A stretch of DNA of 63,998 nucleotides, taken from contig CM119263.1 of assembly GCA_051294375.1 (NCBI GenBank), positions 27,186,004 through 27,250,001 on the forward strand. Direction: 5' to 3'. This document shows, piece after piece, positions 27,562 through 39,889 of the stretch. How positions within the stretch are numbered: position 1 is the first letter of the stretch; the number at the start of each line of letters is the position of its first letter. Position numbers and translations under genes: made by a program. Source of the DNA: Paraspadella gotoi (taxonomy: Eukaryota > Animalia > Chaetognatha). The notes under the pieces were generated by a model. That model had not been told where the DNA came from. It did no database searches and saw only the letters and a list, made by a program, of their open reading frames with translations.

Positions 27562-30500
27562 CTCTTGTCTTTCTGCTGTGATTTCGGGAGAAACTAGAGG
27601 CTTCTTTTTTTTTTTATACTTTTTATTATTTTGCGCGGAAGACCAGTTTCGGGAGGAAAAAGTCAAAACAAAACGGACGGACGGAAGGACGGACAGACTG
27701 TAACGAAATGCAGAGCCTGAAAGAGTCCGCTGTAAAGAAAAAAAAACCCAGAGATAAGTGAAGAGAAAAAAAGAAATAGAAAAAAAAAAAAAAAAAGGGA
27801 TTTTGGGCGAAATCCGTTTTTAATNNNNNNNNNNNNNNNNNNNNNNNNNNNNNNNNNNNNNNNNNNNNNNNNNNNNNNNNNNNNNNNNNNNNNNNNNNNN
27901 NNNNNNNNNNNNNNNNNNNNNNNNNNNNNNNNNNNNNNNNNNNNNNNNNNNNNNNNNNNNNNNNNNNNNNNNNNNNNNNNNNNNNNNNNNNNNNNNNNNN
28001 NNNNNNNNNNNNNNNNNNNNNNNNNNNNNNNNNNNNNNAACAAGTAAACAATCAAACCGTACAAACAAAAATATAAAAAATAAACAAAGAACAAGTTACA
28101 AGCGACAATGAGAAACGCTCACAAAACAAATTCTATTATAAATTTGAAAAAAAAAGCGTATCCTTTTGATACAAAATCCCGCAAACTTTTTTTTCTCTTT
28201 TGTTTATTACCTTAAATTTATGAACTCCGACCGAATTTGGTTATATTTTTTTTTAACCGAAATTCAGATCGAATTCGAATTCCCCCCCCCNNNNNNNNNN
28301 NNNNNNNNNNNNNNNNNNNNNNNNNNNNNNNNNNNNNNNNNNNNNNNNNNNNNNNNNNNNNNNNNNNNNNNNNNNNNNNNNNNNNNNNNNNNNNNNNNNN
28401 NNNNNNNNNNNNNNNNNNNNNNNNNNNNNNNNNNNNNNNNNNNNNNNNNNNNNNNNNNNNNNNNNNNNNNNNNNNNNNNNNNNNNNNNNNNNNNNNNNNN
28501 NNNNNNNNNNNNNNNNNNNNNNNNCCCCGAAAATCCTTTTTTTCCTTTCCTACTTTTCGGGTTTACTTTTAATTTTCTTTTAACTTTTCTTTCACTATAT
28601 CGACGCGGCAGCTGCGTCCCACTATTAATCAACTTTTTTTTTCTTCCTTTTCCAAGAGCGGGCTTAGAATTTTCTTATTTTTTTTGCTGGGGTGGAAAAA
28701 ATTATGGAAAACCCAAAGAACAGTTGCTGTCGGGGATTTTTTTTAGTGGAAAAATATATCGCCAGATATGCGTTCACTGTTGTTGGTTTACAATTTCGGT
28801 TCGGAGTGATTCGTTTGCTTCTGCCTCGTCTTTTTCATCGTCGTCACGGAACAACAACAACAAAAAATATATTAGGAAATAAATTCAAAAATAAATAAAA
28901 AATGAACTGTTGTTGCTCATAATTTTGATTCAGTAATTCTTTTACTTTCGTCGTTTTCGTCTCTCGGAAACATTTGGTTTTCACGGAACAAAAAAAAAAA
29001 GGCAAAAGAAAAATTAAACGAATCCAAATATAGCGTATAAAAAGTATTATTTATTATCTTTTAACTCTCGGCCTCAAAAAACGATGTTTGCCTCCGTCTG
29101 CTCTTTTTTTTTCCACTCGCGCGCGTAAATTGTGGCGGCGCGCCATCTTTCGAAAGGCATCGACTGCAAAGTCAAACGCGTTCGTGCCTTGGCGGGAATT
29201 CGCTTCTATTGCCCACCGAGAGAGGGCGAGGGGAGGAGAGACGGGGGAAGGAGTTTGCGGGATGGAGAGATGGAGAAAGTGATGGAGAAAGTGATGGAGA
29301 AAGGACCANNNNNNNNNNNNNNNNNNNNNNNNNNNNNNNNNNNNNNNNNNNNNNNNNNNNNNNNNNNNNNNNNNNNNNNNNNNNNNNNNNNNNNNNNNNN
29401 NNNNNNNNNNNNNNNNNNNNNNNNNNNNNNNNNNNNNNNNNNNNNNNNNNNNNNNNNNNNNNNNNNNNNNNNNNNNNNNNNNNNNNNNNNNNNNNNNNNN
29501 NNNNNNNNNNNNNNNNNNNNNNNNNNNNNNNNNNNTTCTCTCTCTCTCTGAATAGAAAAAAGACTTGGTCGAAGCCTCACAAAATCACGAGCGTCGCTTT
29601 TTATTACGAGTGCGGGTTTTTTTTGTGAAGGGAAGTTTGATCGTCGTGGCGTAGTGACGTAATGATACTAAAATTTAGTGACGTAGTTTTTTTAATTTAT
29701 TGACGTAGTGATTCAGGAGATCTATAATTTAGTGGTGTATCGATTTTTGACGATTGCGTTTGTATTTATTTACTCGTAACAGACATGTCATGTTATTATA
29801 TTTTTTAAAAGGGAGATAATTTTTATGTTTTTTTAAATAATGATTAAAGAGAACTTGAATAGTAGCCCCTTCAGAGTGAGTTTTTACGATAAGCTTATTG
29901 AACCTCTCATACCCTGAACAAACCAAGAAGAGATGAGGCTAAAAATAACCTACAGCCAAAAAAAAGACTGAGAATGCTGCCAATGAATGTAGATATAAAT
30001 AACTATTAATTAAGTCATTAATTAAAAATGGTTTGAAATTTTTAGGTGAACCTTTGAATATAATTTCTTTTGACAAAGTTATTTAAGAAAAAAATATTAA
30101 AAATATCCGAAAACATGTTGTGTTTATGAAATAATCTCCCCTGCAGACTACATAATTCTCCCTCGGGGGCTTTCGTGTTCATTATCTCTCTCTCTTTCTC
30201 GCGTACTCTGAATTTTCCCTCTTCCTTTTTCCCTTTTATTTCCTTTCTTTTTCCCTTTTTTTTCGGCCTCAAGTGGATCGCGTTATCGGAAATCCGTGGC
30301 GGATTCTTTCCTTTCGACCTCGACGGGTCCCGGGTTCGAATCCCTTTTTTTTTCAGTTTTCCTTCGATCTTAAGAATCAGATATTTTCTTGTTCTTATCT
30401 TCTTTCACAAAACTCGAAGAAGAACGAAAGGGGAAAAAAAAAGAGCGAATACAAAAGAAAAAATGACTATTAAAAAAAATAAATACAGGCGATGTGTTTT

Positions 30501-31137
30501 CTTTATCCCTTTCGTTACATCGTCACTTCACGTGATACCATTTACTATTTACTATTTTCTACAACTATAGGATTCTACTATACAAACAAGTACATCTCTT
30601 TCAGTGTTTAAAGCCAAGTAATAACCCGGAGCATACTCTATCTAACGTCTGAAACGAACAAACGCGGAACCAAACCTCTCATAAAAACATTGGAGATTCT
30701 CGTTCGTTATAGGATAACAAAATTTCTTTTTTTAAAAAAATGGAAAAGCGCGCGTCCAAACGCTTTCAAAAGTCCAAATATTAAAGCCTTTGAAATCGCG
30801 AATGGGTTCTCGATATTTTCTTTTCCAAACCGTTGACGAATAAAAATTAATTGCGCTCAAGTTTAACATAAAAACGACGAGGACGACGTCAACATTTTCT
30901 TCACTCCACTTCGTCTTATGATTTCTAAGAAATTCATCGGATCTTCGTTCGTAGCGTCGGCGTTTAACGCGAACGGGGTCAAGGATCAGAAGGATTTTCT
31001 TAAGTCGTTGTCGTTGTCGTCGTCGCCGTTCGATAAGGCGTGGGTGGACGTTAGCGGCGTTCGCGGCGCTCCTGGTGGGAGGCGACGGAATAACGTCAAT
31101 GAGATTCAGACTATTAAGCGACGAAAACTCGACGGGG

Positions 31138-31289
31138 ACCGCCCTAGCAACCGGCGACGCCCTAGCAACCAAAGACGCCCACGTAACAGCCGCCACGAGC
31201 GATCTCCCGGCAACTGTTTTCACCGCCCGCGTGGATACCATGGAAACGATTAAAAAAAGAAGGCTGACAGTCCGTGTCTCCATCGCAAC
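31138..31289 (+). promoter_or_regulatory. Cluster of five RFX X-box-like 14-mers
   Basis: accgccctagcaac (31138), gacgccctagcaac (31156), gatctcccggcaac (31201), gataccatggaaac (31234) and gtctccatcgcaac (31276). All are co-oriented and resemble GTHNYY-AT-RRNAAC. Confidence 0.5.
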
Positions 31290-31804
31290 AATTGAAGCTA
31301 CCGTGCGACAGTCGACAACCTCCGTTTGACAAACACAAATCCATGGATTTTTATTGCGATTTTGCTTCTAAAAAGAAAAAAAATGATTTCGATGAGTAAT
31401 TTACAGTATAAAACGAAAACTTGAAAATATTAACGTATTTTGTGAAAATTCAAAATGATATTCAAAACGGATATAGGTCATACGTGTAACCTTTTTTATA
31501 AGTCATAAAAATTTGACGATCGCCTTCGGTCAAAGTGAGAATTTTCTCTTGCTCACGCAATCATTTCGCGAGGAACATATTCATGAAGGAATCTCCACGT
31601 GCTCTCTCTCTCTCTCTCTCTCTCNNNNNNNNNNNNNNNNNNNNNNNNNNNNNNNNNNNNNNNNNNNNNNNNNNNNNNNNNNNNNNNNNNNNNNNNNNNN
31701 NNNNNNNNNNNNNNNNNNNNNNNNNNNNNNNNNNNNNNNNNNNNNNNNNNNNNNNNNNNNNNNNNNNNNNNNNNNNNNNNNNNNNNNNNNNNNNNNNNNN
31801 NNNN

Positions 31805-31837
<33 letters not shown>

Positions 31838-33340
31838 GTTTCGTAAAACGGATGTTGCTGTCAAAGAATGGCGTCGAGAGAGCGAGACAAAAAAAATCAT
31901 TTCTCGCTCTCTCGCTCTCTCGCTCTCCATCCTCTTCGTTTTTTATTCGTTGTTCGTTTCGTTTTCCATTTTTCTCTCCGCGAAAAATGAGAAAAGTGAG
32001 TTTGGGTGAGTTTGACCGCAGCGAGTGAATGGACGAAGCTGACAGCAAACAGTCAACATTCTACGTTAAAGGAATTTTCTAATTTACTTTATTTTAAAAA
32101 AGGAATATTTGTAAATGAACGTCATTGAATATCAATTATTCAATAACTCCGTCGTTATTTTGACTTTGAAAATCCCACCGATAAATAGAAAAGCGAAAAG
32201 ATCGAAAAATGACTGGCGAGATTTTCGTTCATAAAACGTGTTGTTTTCAGCCCGAAATCCGGGGCCCGGATGAAATCAAGAATCGTGCATGGAATCGAAG
32301 TTCAACGTAGATGACGGCTTCCCCCTTCGTCGCCCGTGGGTTAGATCGTTCTCTGGGGGTGATTACTTTTCGTTAAACGTTCGGGAATGATCCTACGTTG
32401 AGAGTGATGGAGATGGAGTGAATAATATTCAAACAATATGAACTGAATATGATTCTTATGAATCAAAAGTCGCTTCGTTGTTTTTAATTCAATTCCTACC
32501 GTGGCTTTTTCTTCATCCCTTGCCTGAGCGTACAAGCTTTAGTCAATCTCTGTGCCATCTTTTATTTTATCGCAAACAATCAAGGTAATTTTGTTACGCT
32601 GCGTGTCCATTGTCCATTGTCCACTGTTCCCAAAACTTTATCCATTATTCAACTCACAAACACCCCGTTTGACCACCACCGACAACCCACAAACCGACCC
32701 ACCGACCAATCTGGAATCCGATTAACGCCGATGATAAGGCGTGCAATTTCGGCGTCGAATTGCGGCGTTAAAGAAACCGTCGACGCCGGACGACGGACAT
32801 TGGCGGCGCTAGAGGCGCTGCACGGCGTCAATAGCCGAGAGATTTCCGTCGTCACAAAATGCGCGCGAAAAAGCGAATTTTAGCGGCGCGAATCGGAACC
32901 AGCTGGGCTCGTCGAAGCGGTTCGGAAGGGGGGAGGTGCAGGATGCGCAGAGGGAGAGGTAAGAGAGGGAAAGGGAAAGTTAGGGGGAAAGGAATAAAGG
33001 GGGAAGGAGAGTAGAGGGCGGAGAATTTCCGTTTTTAAGGTCAAAGATTGTGGCTGAAGCACAAAAACGGAATCAGAAAGACAAAAAAAAAAAAGAGCAC
33101 AGAACCAAGAAAACGAAGTTTTAAATGAATATACGTAGTATAAAATGTTTTTCCCGTTACTCATGAAGCTTAATAGGAGTTTTTTAAAATCGGATATTTC
33201 GTTCGCATCGTCATCTTGTATAACTGTTTTTTGGGAGGTAGATTGAACCGATCAAAAGCAGCTAGCTGAGTACACCGTCTGCTCTTCTCGTTTTTTATCG
33301 GAAAAAAAAGCAAGCCACCAAGACCAAGCAATATCAATAA

Positions 33341-33998
33341 TTAAGGCCGTAGTGAAAGTATACATACGAAAATTCGTAAAAGTCCAATTATGAACAACAT
33401 ACAATCAGTGAACATTAATGTTAAAAAAAAATAAATTTTTATGTTTCTTTAATTTTCGCAGGGTAGGCTATATTTATATATAGTACTATCCTTTATAAAA
33501 TCGAAAAAAATTTCAAAATAGGCTTTTCTTAATTTTGATTGCATGATTTGAATTTTCCTCGCTCAAAAGTGATAAAAGAAAATATAATTCATTTTTTAAA
33601 AAAAATTCTTTCATTAGTGGGTTTAAAAATATATATATATAATAACTATATTTACACTATAATAAAAAGTTAATTATTCAGTTTAAAATATAGCTTTTTC
33701 TAATTTTTGACCCCCCACTTAATGCAAGGAATTTTTCAAAAAGAGTTATATTTCTTTTTATCAACATTTTTATGATAATCCAAATCTGCCCCAAAAAAAA
33801 TCTAGAAAAAAACTGTTTGAAATTTTAACATTATTGTTTAGTACTAGTATAAATTATGGCCTACTGCAGCTAAATTGTAAAATTTTATTTATAAATTTTT
33901 TTTATACATAAAATGTTATAAGTATAATGTTGTTCGTTCCTCACCTTTTTAGATTTTTAAATTAAAGTTAAACTGAGGAATTTTACTGACGCCTTTAA
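33341..33998. mobile_element. Non-autonomous palindromic DNA transposon (MITE) with TTAA at both ends, Kolobok-like
   Basis: The left end ttaaggccgtagtgaaa resembles the reverse complement of the right end, ttaaaggcgtcagtaaaa. The long imperfect inverted arms include gcagggtaggctatatttatatatagtacta (33458) vs tagtactagtataaattatggcctactgc (~33840), and gataaaagaaaatataattc...cattagtggg vs cccacttaatg...gagttatatttctttttatc. The element is AT-rich with no ORF. Confidence 0.75.
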
Positions 33999-35077
33999 TC
34001 AATATTAAAGCCAAGCAACTAAGTCACCACGGATTCATTTTTCCCACTTTTTTTTCTCTAATCGGCTTCGGAGGCGATCAGCGACCAACGAGAAAGGAAA
34101 TAGCCACGCAAGACACAAAAGTCTCCCCTCTCTCTCTGTTCTCTCTTCTCTCTCTCTCTCCTCTCTCTCTCTTCTCTCTCTCTCTCTCTACATCTCTCTC
34201 TCCTCTCTCTCTCTCTAATCTCTTCCTCGGACTCATCCACTAACTGTACATTCGAGGCATATTCCAAAGACTCAATTTTCTGCTTAGCAATTATCGTGAT
34301 TTTTCCCTTTCCTTAAACGACAGCGAACTCTCTCTCTTCTCTCTCTCTCTCTCTCTCGTCTCTCTCGTCTCTCTCTCTCTCCTCTCTCCTCTCTCTCTCT
34401 CTTCTCTCTCTCTTCTCCCTCCTCCCCCTGATAATGCGCCTTTCTTTCCCCTCCCCCCTATTTCTCGCTTTATATCATCCCCCCGCCACCCCAACCATTA
34501 AAACCCCTACCACCATTTCCTTACCCAACCAGCGCGAACTACCCTAAATGAAGCCTGGAATGGCAATCGTGCGGGTTTCGCGCATTATGAATCGGCCGCG
34601 CGACGTCTAGCAGGCCGTCCCAGTGTCGCGTCCGGCGTCCGCCGCATTTAATCGCGCTAATGGATCTTTCGTTTTTATGGAGGAGAGAAAGAGGAGAGAG
34701 AGAGAAAGAGAGGATGCAAGATGAAAATTAGGAGAGAGAAGAAGAGAGACGAGAGAGAGAGAGAGACGAGAGAGAGAGAGAGAGAGAGAGAAACGAGAGG
34801 AAGAGGAGCAGAGAAAATCTTGTGATTATATCGTAAAATTCGGTAAAAAAGTTAAGAAAAAGATCTTCTTCACCGATGCTTTTGATTTTCTTTTTTTCCT
34901 TTTGTTCCTATTTTTTCTATTACTTGCCCTTAATTTTCCTTTTTTTTAATTCTTTTCCTTAATTTCCTCCATTTTCCCCTCTTTTCTCCTTCCAAAGGTC
35001 GACCGAACATCACATTCGTTCGGATGGAACTGTTTTCCCCTTAAACTTTCGTTGAGCAAACAAATAAAAGACTAAAA

Positions 35078-35723
35078 ATGACGGATTCGCTTCGCTTCGG
35101 ACGCGGCGGCCGAAGCGGCGGGAGGCTCGGCTGCAGCAGCTTCAACCACCGCTGGATGATTATCCACAACAACAACAACAACAACAACCGTCTCCTTCGT
35201 CTCGCCATCTACGCTCTCCTCGTTTCCTTCTCCTTCGCCCTCGAATCAGATTCCAATCTCAACGAAACTTACGTCAATTCCACAGCGTCACTCAACGCCA
35301 CCGCGCCAATCTCAAGTCAAGACGTCGCCACGCCAAGCGATGGCGTCAAATCTTCGAAGGACGACGACGACGCCCTCTCGATCCACGAGTTGAACGCCAC
35401 GCCCACCGAAGGCGTCGCTTCCTACAACGACGACGACAACGACTCTGTCACCACCAACGCCGTCTCTCCTCTCTCTCGCTCCCACACTCTCCCCCCTCCA
35501 CGCCCCCTCTTTCCTCTGACCACCTCTCCCTCCGAACGCGACCCGACCGGACAAGAACCCTTACCCCCGATGGCTCAATATTCCCTGCCCCCCGTTTCCG
35601 GCGTCGGATTGGCGCCCGGCGCCGTTTCCGCCACGAAAGAGCGCGCCGTGGATCCGGATCATATCGACGCCGACGACGACGACGAAGACGAAGACGACGC
35701 CAACTCGCTGGAAGGGATTTCTG
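35078..35723 (+). CDS. Probable first coding exon of a secreted or type-I membrane protein (signal peptide plus mucin-like acidic S/T/P-rich region); family unknown
   Basis: 215-codon GC-rich open frame. A long polypyrimidine tract and ccaaag| acceptor lie upstream (exon from 34998), the start context is aaaATG, and the frame ends at a consensus donor G|gtgagt (35724, phase 1). The hydrophobic segment LLRLAIYALLVSFSFA is followed by N-glycosylation sequons (NET, NST, NAT, NAT, NDS). There is an alternative Met at 35156. Confidence 0.7.
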
Positions 35724-36709
35724 GTGAGTTCATTTTTGAATGTCATCTTTCGTGAATTAGGATGTGAATTGATCTGTGATTACTGTTTTTGATGTGATCT
35801 CGGAACTGAAAATGGTTGGTCGGTCGGTCGTTCAATCCATCTTTTATGTCTCTGTAAATCGACTGTAAATCGGGTTTTTGTTTTCTAATCGATTTATAAA
35901 ACGATACGTTTCGTGGAGTTGTAATGTTCAATTATGTTTATTTAAAAAACAAAACGAAACATCTTTTTGTCGACAAAATCGACATCCTTAACTTCCCTTA
36001 TTCATAACTAATACGATTATTTTTTTAAAAGGAAAAAATATTTTTGGCTTCTTTACTGTCATCGCCGACGTCATTAAATTCATTGTTTTTCTTCTCCGAT
36101 AATTTTTTCTAGATTTTTTTATTTCGAACTTTCGCTCTCGACCGGTCTCCGAGGCAGCCGCTCTTCTCACTTAAAACCAGGTTTAATTTTGAACTCACAG
36201 TGATTGACAAACCATTTTCAAATGATTTCAGATATTATAACGCAAACTTTGGATAAGATTATGACAATAAAATCGATTATCCCGTTTGACCCCAATCGAC
36301 CTTATAAGTTATATTCTCGTTATCGTCTTCGGGGTCCCGACCCGCGCATAATCGCTCCCCACGTCCGGTCCTCGCCCCCTTTTTCTTCCCGTCTCCACCG
36401 CTCGCCACGTTACGCTTCGTTCCCTTGACATTTTCCTGCGAGACTCGCGCAGTCGTGACGCTCGTGTCAACCGTAGGTCGCGTCCGCGGAGCTGAGGGTC
36501 ACGTGACTGACACGTATGACACGTTGTCAAGTAGCTTCGCATGGTAGCGTCACAGGTCAAGACGGATAATGCCGAGTGATGAACGTTCGTTGACCTTTCT
36601 TTGTCTACGTATATCTTTGATTATGTATTTGTTGGTTTCCCCTTGTAACATTTGCTCCTTTTTTTTTGCTGCGTTTACCCTTTTTATTGTCCACTGTTTG
36701 TTTATTTAT

Positions 36710-36937
36710 TTATTCGTTCGTTCATGTATTCGTTCGTTCGTTTTTTCGTTCATTCATTCATTAATTCGTTCATTCATTCATTCATTCATTCATTCATTCC
36801 ATTCATCATCATTCTTTATTTATTCATTCATTCTCATTCTTTTCATATCATTCATTCTTTTTTCATTCATCTAGTCATTCTTTCATAATTAATTAAATTT
36901 AATTCATTCATTCATTCATTCATTCATTCATTCATTC
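36710..36937. repeat. (TTCA)n / (TTCG)n imperfect microsatellite
   Basis: Repeated ttca units with interruptions. Confidence 0.9.
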
Positions 36938-37362
36938 TTCCAATTTTCTCTACGTTCTCCCTTTATATCCTAGTTCGTTCTTTCTTTTCAATTCCCATCA
37001 AACCTTTACTCTTCCCTCTCCACGACGAGGTGCCATCCCTTCATCAGAAAAGGTCATGGCGTTCACGGTTGAGATCGTCGAGGATTTTCTCTTCAGCGTC
37101 GCTCCACGAGTATCGCCGGGGAGAATTGCAAACGGTGAAACTGGACTCGTGAATACCTTTTGCCAATTTATATTTCCCCCATCGCTCTGTAGTTCTTCAT
37201 ATTTTCGTCTAAAACACTGGAACTCTTAAAACCCCTTCTCAATTACCTCCACCCTAAAGTGGCCACCTCCAGGGCCACCCTTCCCCCATCCCCCTCTTAA
37301 TCGGTTCCCGGGTCTTCCCCTCTGACTTTTCTAGTAAAGATAAAGAGAGAGAGAGCAGAGAC

Positions 37363-37397
<35 letters not shown>

Positions 37398-39889
37398 GAG
37401 AGAGAGAGAGAGAGAAGAGAGAGATCCTCTGTTATGGCGTCGAACCTTGGCGAGTACGTGACTTGGCTAGCGAACGAAGAAGAGCCAAAGCCGGCGACCG
37501 AAGAAATCGGCGACCGGAAGGCGGCGGCCGGAAGTCTCATTAGCGCGGATTGATGGAGGACGCGCCGGACGCGNNNNNNNNNNNNNNNNNNNNNNNNNNN
37601 NNNNNNNNNNNNNNNNNNNNNNNNNNNNNNNNNNNNNNNNNNNNNNNNNNNNNNNNNNNNNNNNNNNNNNNNNNNNNNNNNNNNNNNNNNNNNNNNNNNN
37701 NNNNNNNNNNNNNNNNNNNNNNNNNNNNNNNNNNNNNNNNNNNNNNNNNNNNNNNNNNNNNNNNNNNNNNNNNNNNNNNNNTTCCACCCGTGGTCCGAAC
37801 CGTAACCCTAAACACCCTGGAGCGGAGTTCTTAATTTACGCCACCAAGCAGCTTTCCGTTTTTAGCTTTCAGTTTTTTTTCGTTCTTGACAAATTTTATT
37901 TTTCCAATCATGTTAAAACTATGTAATATGTTGTAACTACCAATAAACTTTGTATTTATAACTATTTTAAGTTTGATGGCAATTTTCGAATCCCAAACCT
38001 CTCATCTTAATACATTTTCCATATTGTACACTCTAGTGCACAGCTTCTAATCTAAAAGACATTAGTTATTTAATCTTTCTTTTACTTGTAATTGTTTTGT
38101 CTTACCAATTTCTTATATTTATTGTCCGCCAAATAGAGACAGAGACAATCGTCAACCGGAGACAATTGTCTCGTCCCTTCTTCCGGATCAGGAGTTGACT
38201 TTTGTCTCTCCGAGTTTCTCGGGTCCTCGACCCAAAATTGCGTCACCCTTGGATGCTCGACGAATTTGACCCGATCGATTCTCCGGTCATGGATTCGGTT
38301 CTTTTTAGCTCTTTTACTTATTCCACTCCTCCCTTCCTCTCACCCACCACAACTCTTCCAACGATATCTTGATCCTTGTCTCCCTGTTCCCTCTGACCCA
38401 TTCCGTCTCTCGAACAGAACGCCCTCTTCGCTCGCGCTGAACTCGGACCGCTTGACCGCCCACGCGATGATCTCCTCCCACTCGATCCCTTCAAACCTTT
38501 CTTTTCACGATGCATCTTCGCCTTCTCCCACCTACCCTCCCTTTCTCCTTCTCCCTTCTTTTTCTCGGCCTCTTTTCCTTCATCTCACCTTCGATGACCC
38601 TCGCTCACTTTTCCCTCTCCGCCAAAAATAAGACCGCCCCCCTTCCAGACCCCGCCCAACCCTCTCCCAAGCTCATTCTCCTTTTTCCATTATGAAAAAA
38701 TCCCCCCATCGCGCGCCCTTATTCGCCGCCGCTCANNNNNNNNNNNNNNNNNNNNNNNNNNNNNNNNNNNNNNNNNNNNNNNNNNNNNNNNNNNNNNNNN
38801 NNNNNNNNNNNNNNNNNNNNNNNNNNNNNNNNNNNNNNNNNNNNNNNNNNNNNNNNNNNNNNNNNNNNNNNNNNNNNNNNNNNNNNNNNNACACAGTCAA
38901 GAGTTTATGATACTTTGGACTGTGGAAAAAAAGAGCTCAATTAGATTACAACCGTTGATAAGAATATAGATAAAAAGGTAATGTTGGTCAGCCATTTAGT
39001 TACCGAGGAATGACGTCATGTGACGACCGGAATAATGAATGTGAACCGATCGGTCAGGCATCAAAAGGGGGCGACTGTGGGCGGTGGTGACCAGGGTGGG
39101 CGCGGTCGGAATAAATTTCGTTTCCGGTGAATAATTTAAAACCTAAAAAAAATTGAATTTTAAATCGTGAAGTGAATGGAATCGTAGAAGAGGCGGGTGA
39201 TGGTAGGAGGCAGAAGAGGGGACAAAAAGAAAGAAACTAAATTTATGTATATTGTTATTGTAAAATGAATATGCAATTTATTTTTATTTAAACCTAGCCT
39301 TATAATTTCGTAAATATTTCATCTGATTAAACTTTAAATTCGACGTGCTAAAACCTTTTATTCTCTACTGTTTGTATTGGTTGGCTTAGGTTAGTTTGTT
39401 ATAAAAAGTTTGGATTATCTTGTGTTTCCCTGAGTTCGCGATCGATATAATAAAGATGACAACGATTTTTTTAATTTTTTTGGTTCCTTCGTCTAACGAC
39501 GACACGTATCTTAAAATACTCGTTAAAACGGTATTTCCTAATGTGATTTATATTGAATAAATTAAATAGTAACAATTTTTTACTTTAAAATGATGTTTTG
39601 ACAATGATTTTTTATCGATGGATATTGTCACGTGTATTGTCATTCCTAACTTTTGTGTCTCCCCAGTTTTTCCGTGCGCGAGAGGTAAAAGCAAAGATAA
39701 AAGAAATGATATTAATCAAACAGATGACGACGATGACGACGACGACACGCTTCTGCAGTATTTTCGTTTTTCGATATGAAAAGTTAGGTAAAAATTCAAA
39801 AACTAAAAAAAAAATTAAAATTGTTAAAAATTGACTTGGTTAAAAAATTCATAAACAATTTGTTCCACCTATTACAAATCTGCGTCACG

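Noticed and set aside
30732-31344. Overlapping ORFs of 60-183 aa in a GC-rich island
   Set aside because: There is no recognisable domain or convincing splice or start signal. The repeated ALAT peptide is better explained by repeated X-box-like DNA motifs.
38892-38924. cacagtc...gactgtg small hairpin (Transib/RSS-like or Helitron end)
   Set aside because: It is only ~33 nt and abuts an N-gap, with no second terminus or other support.
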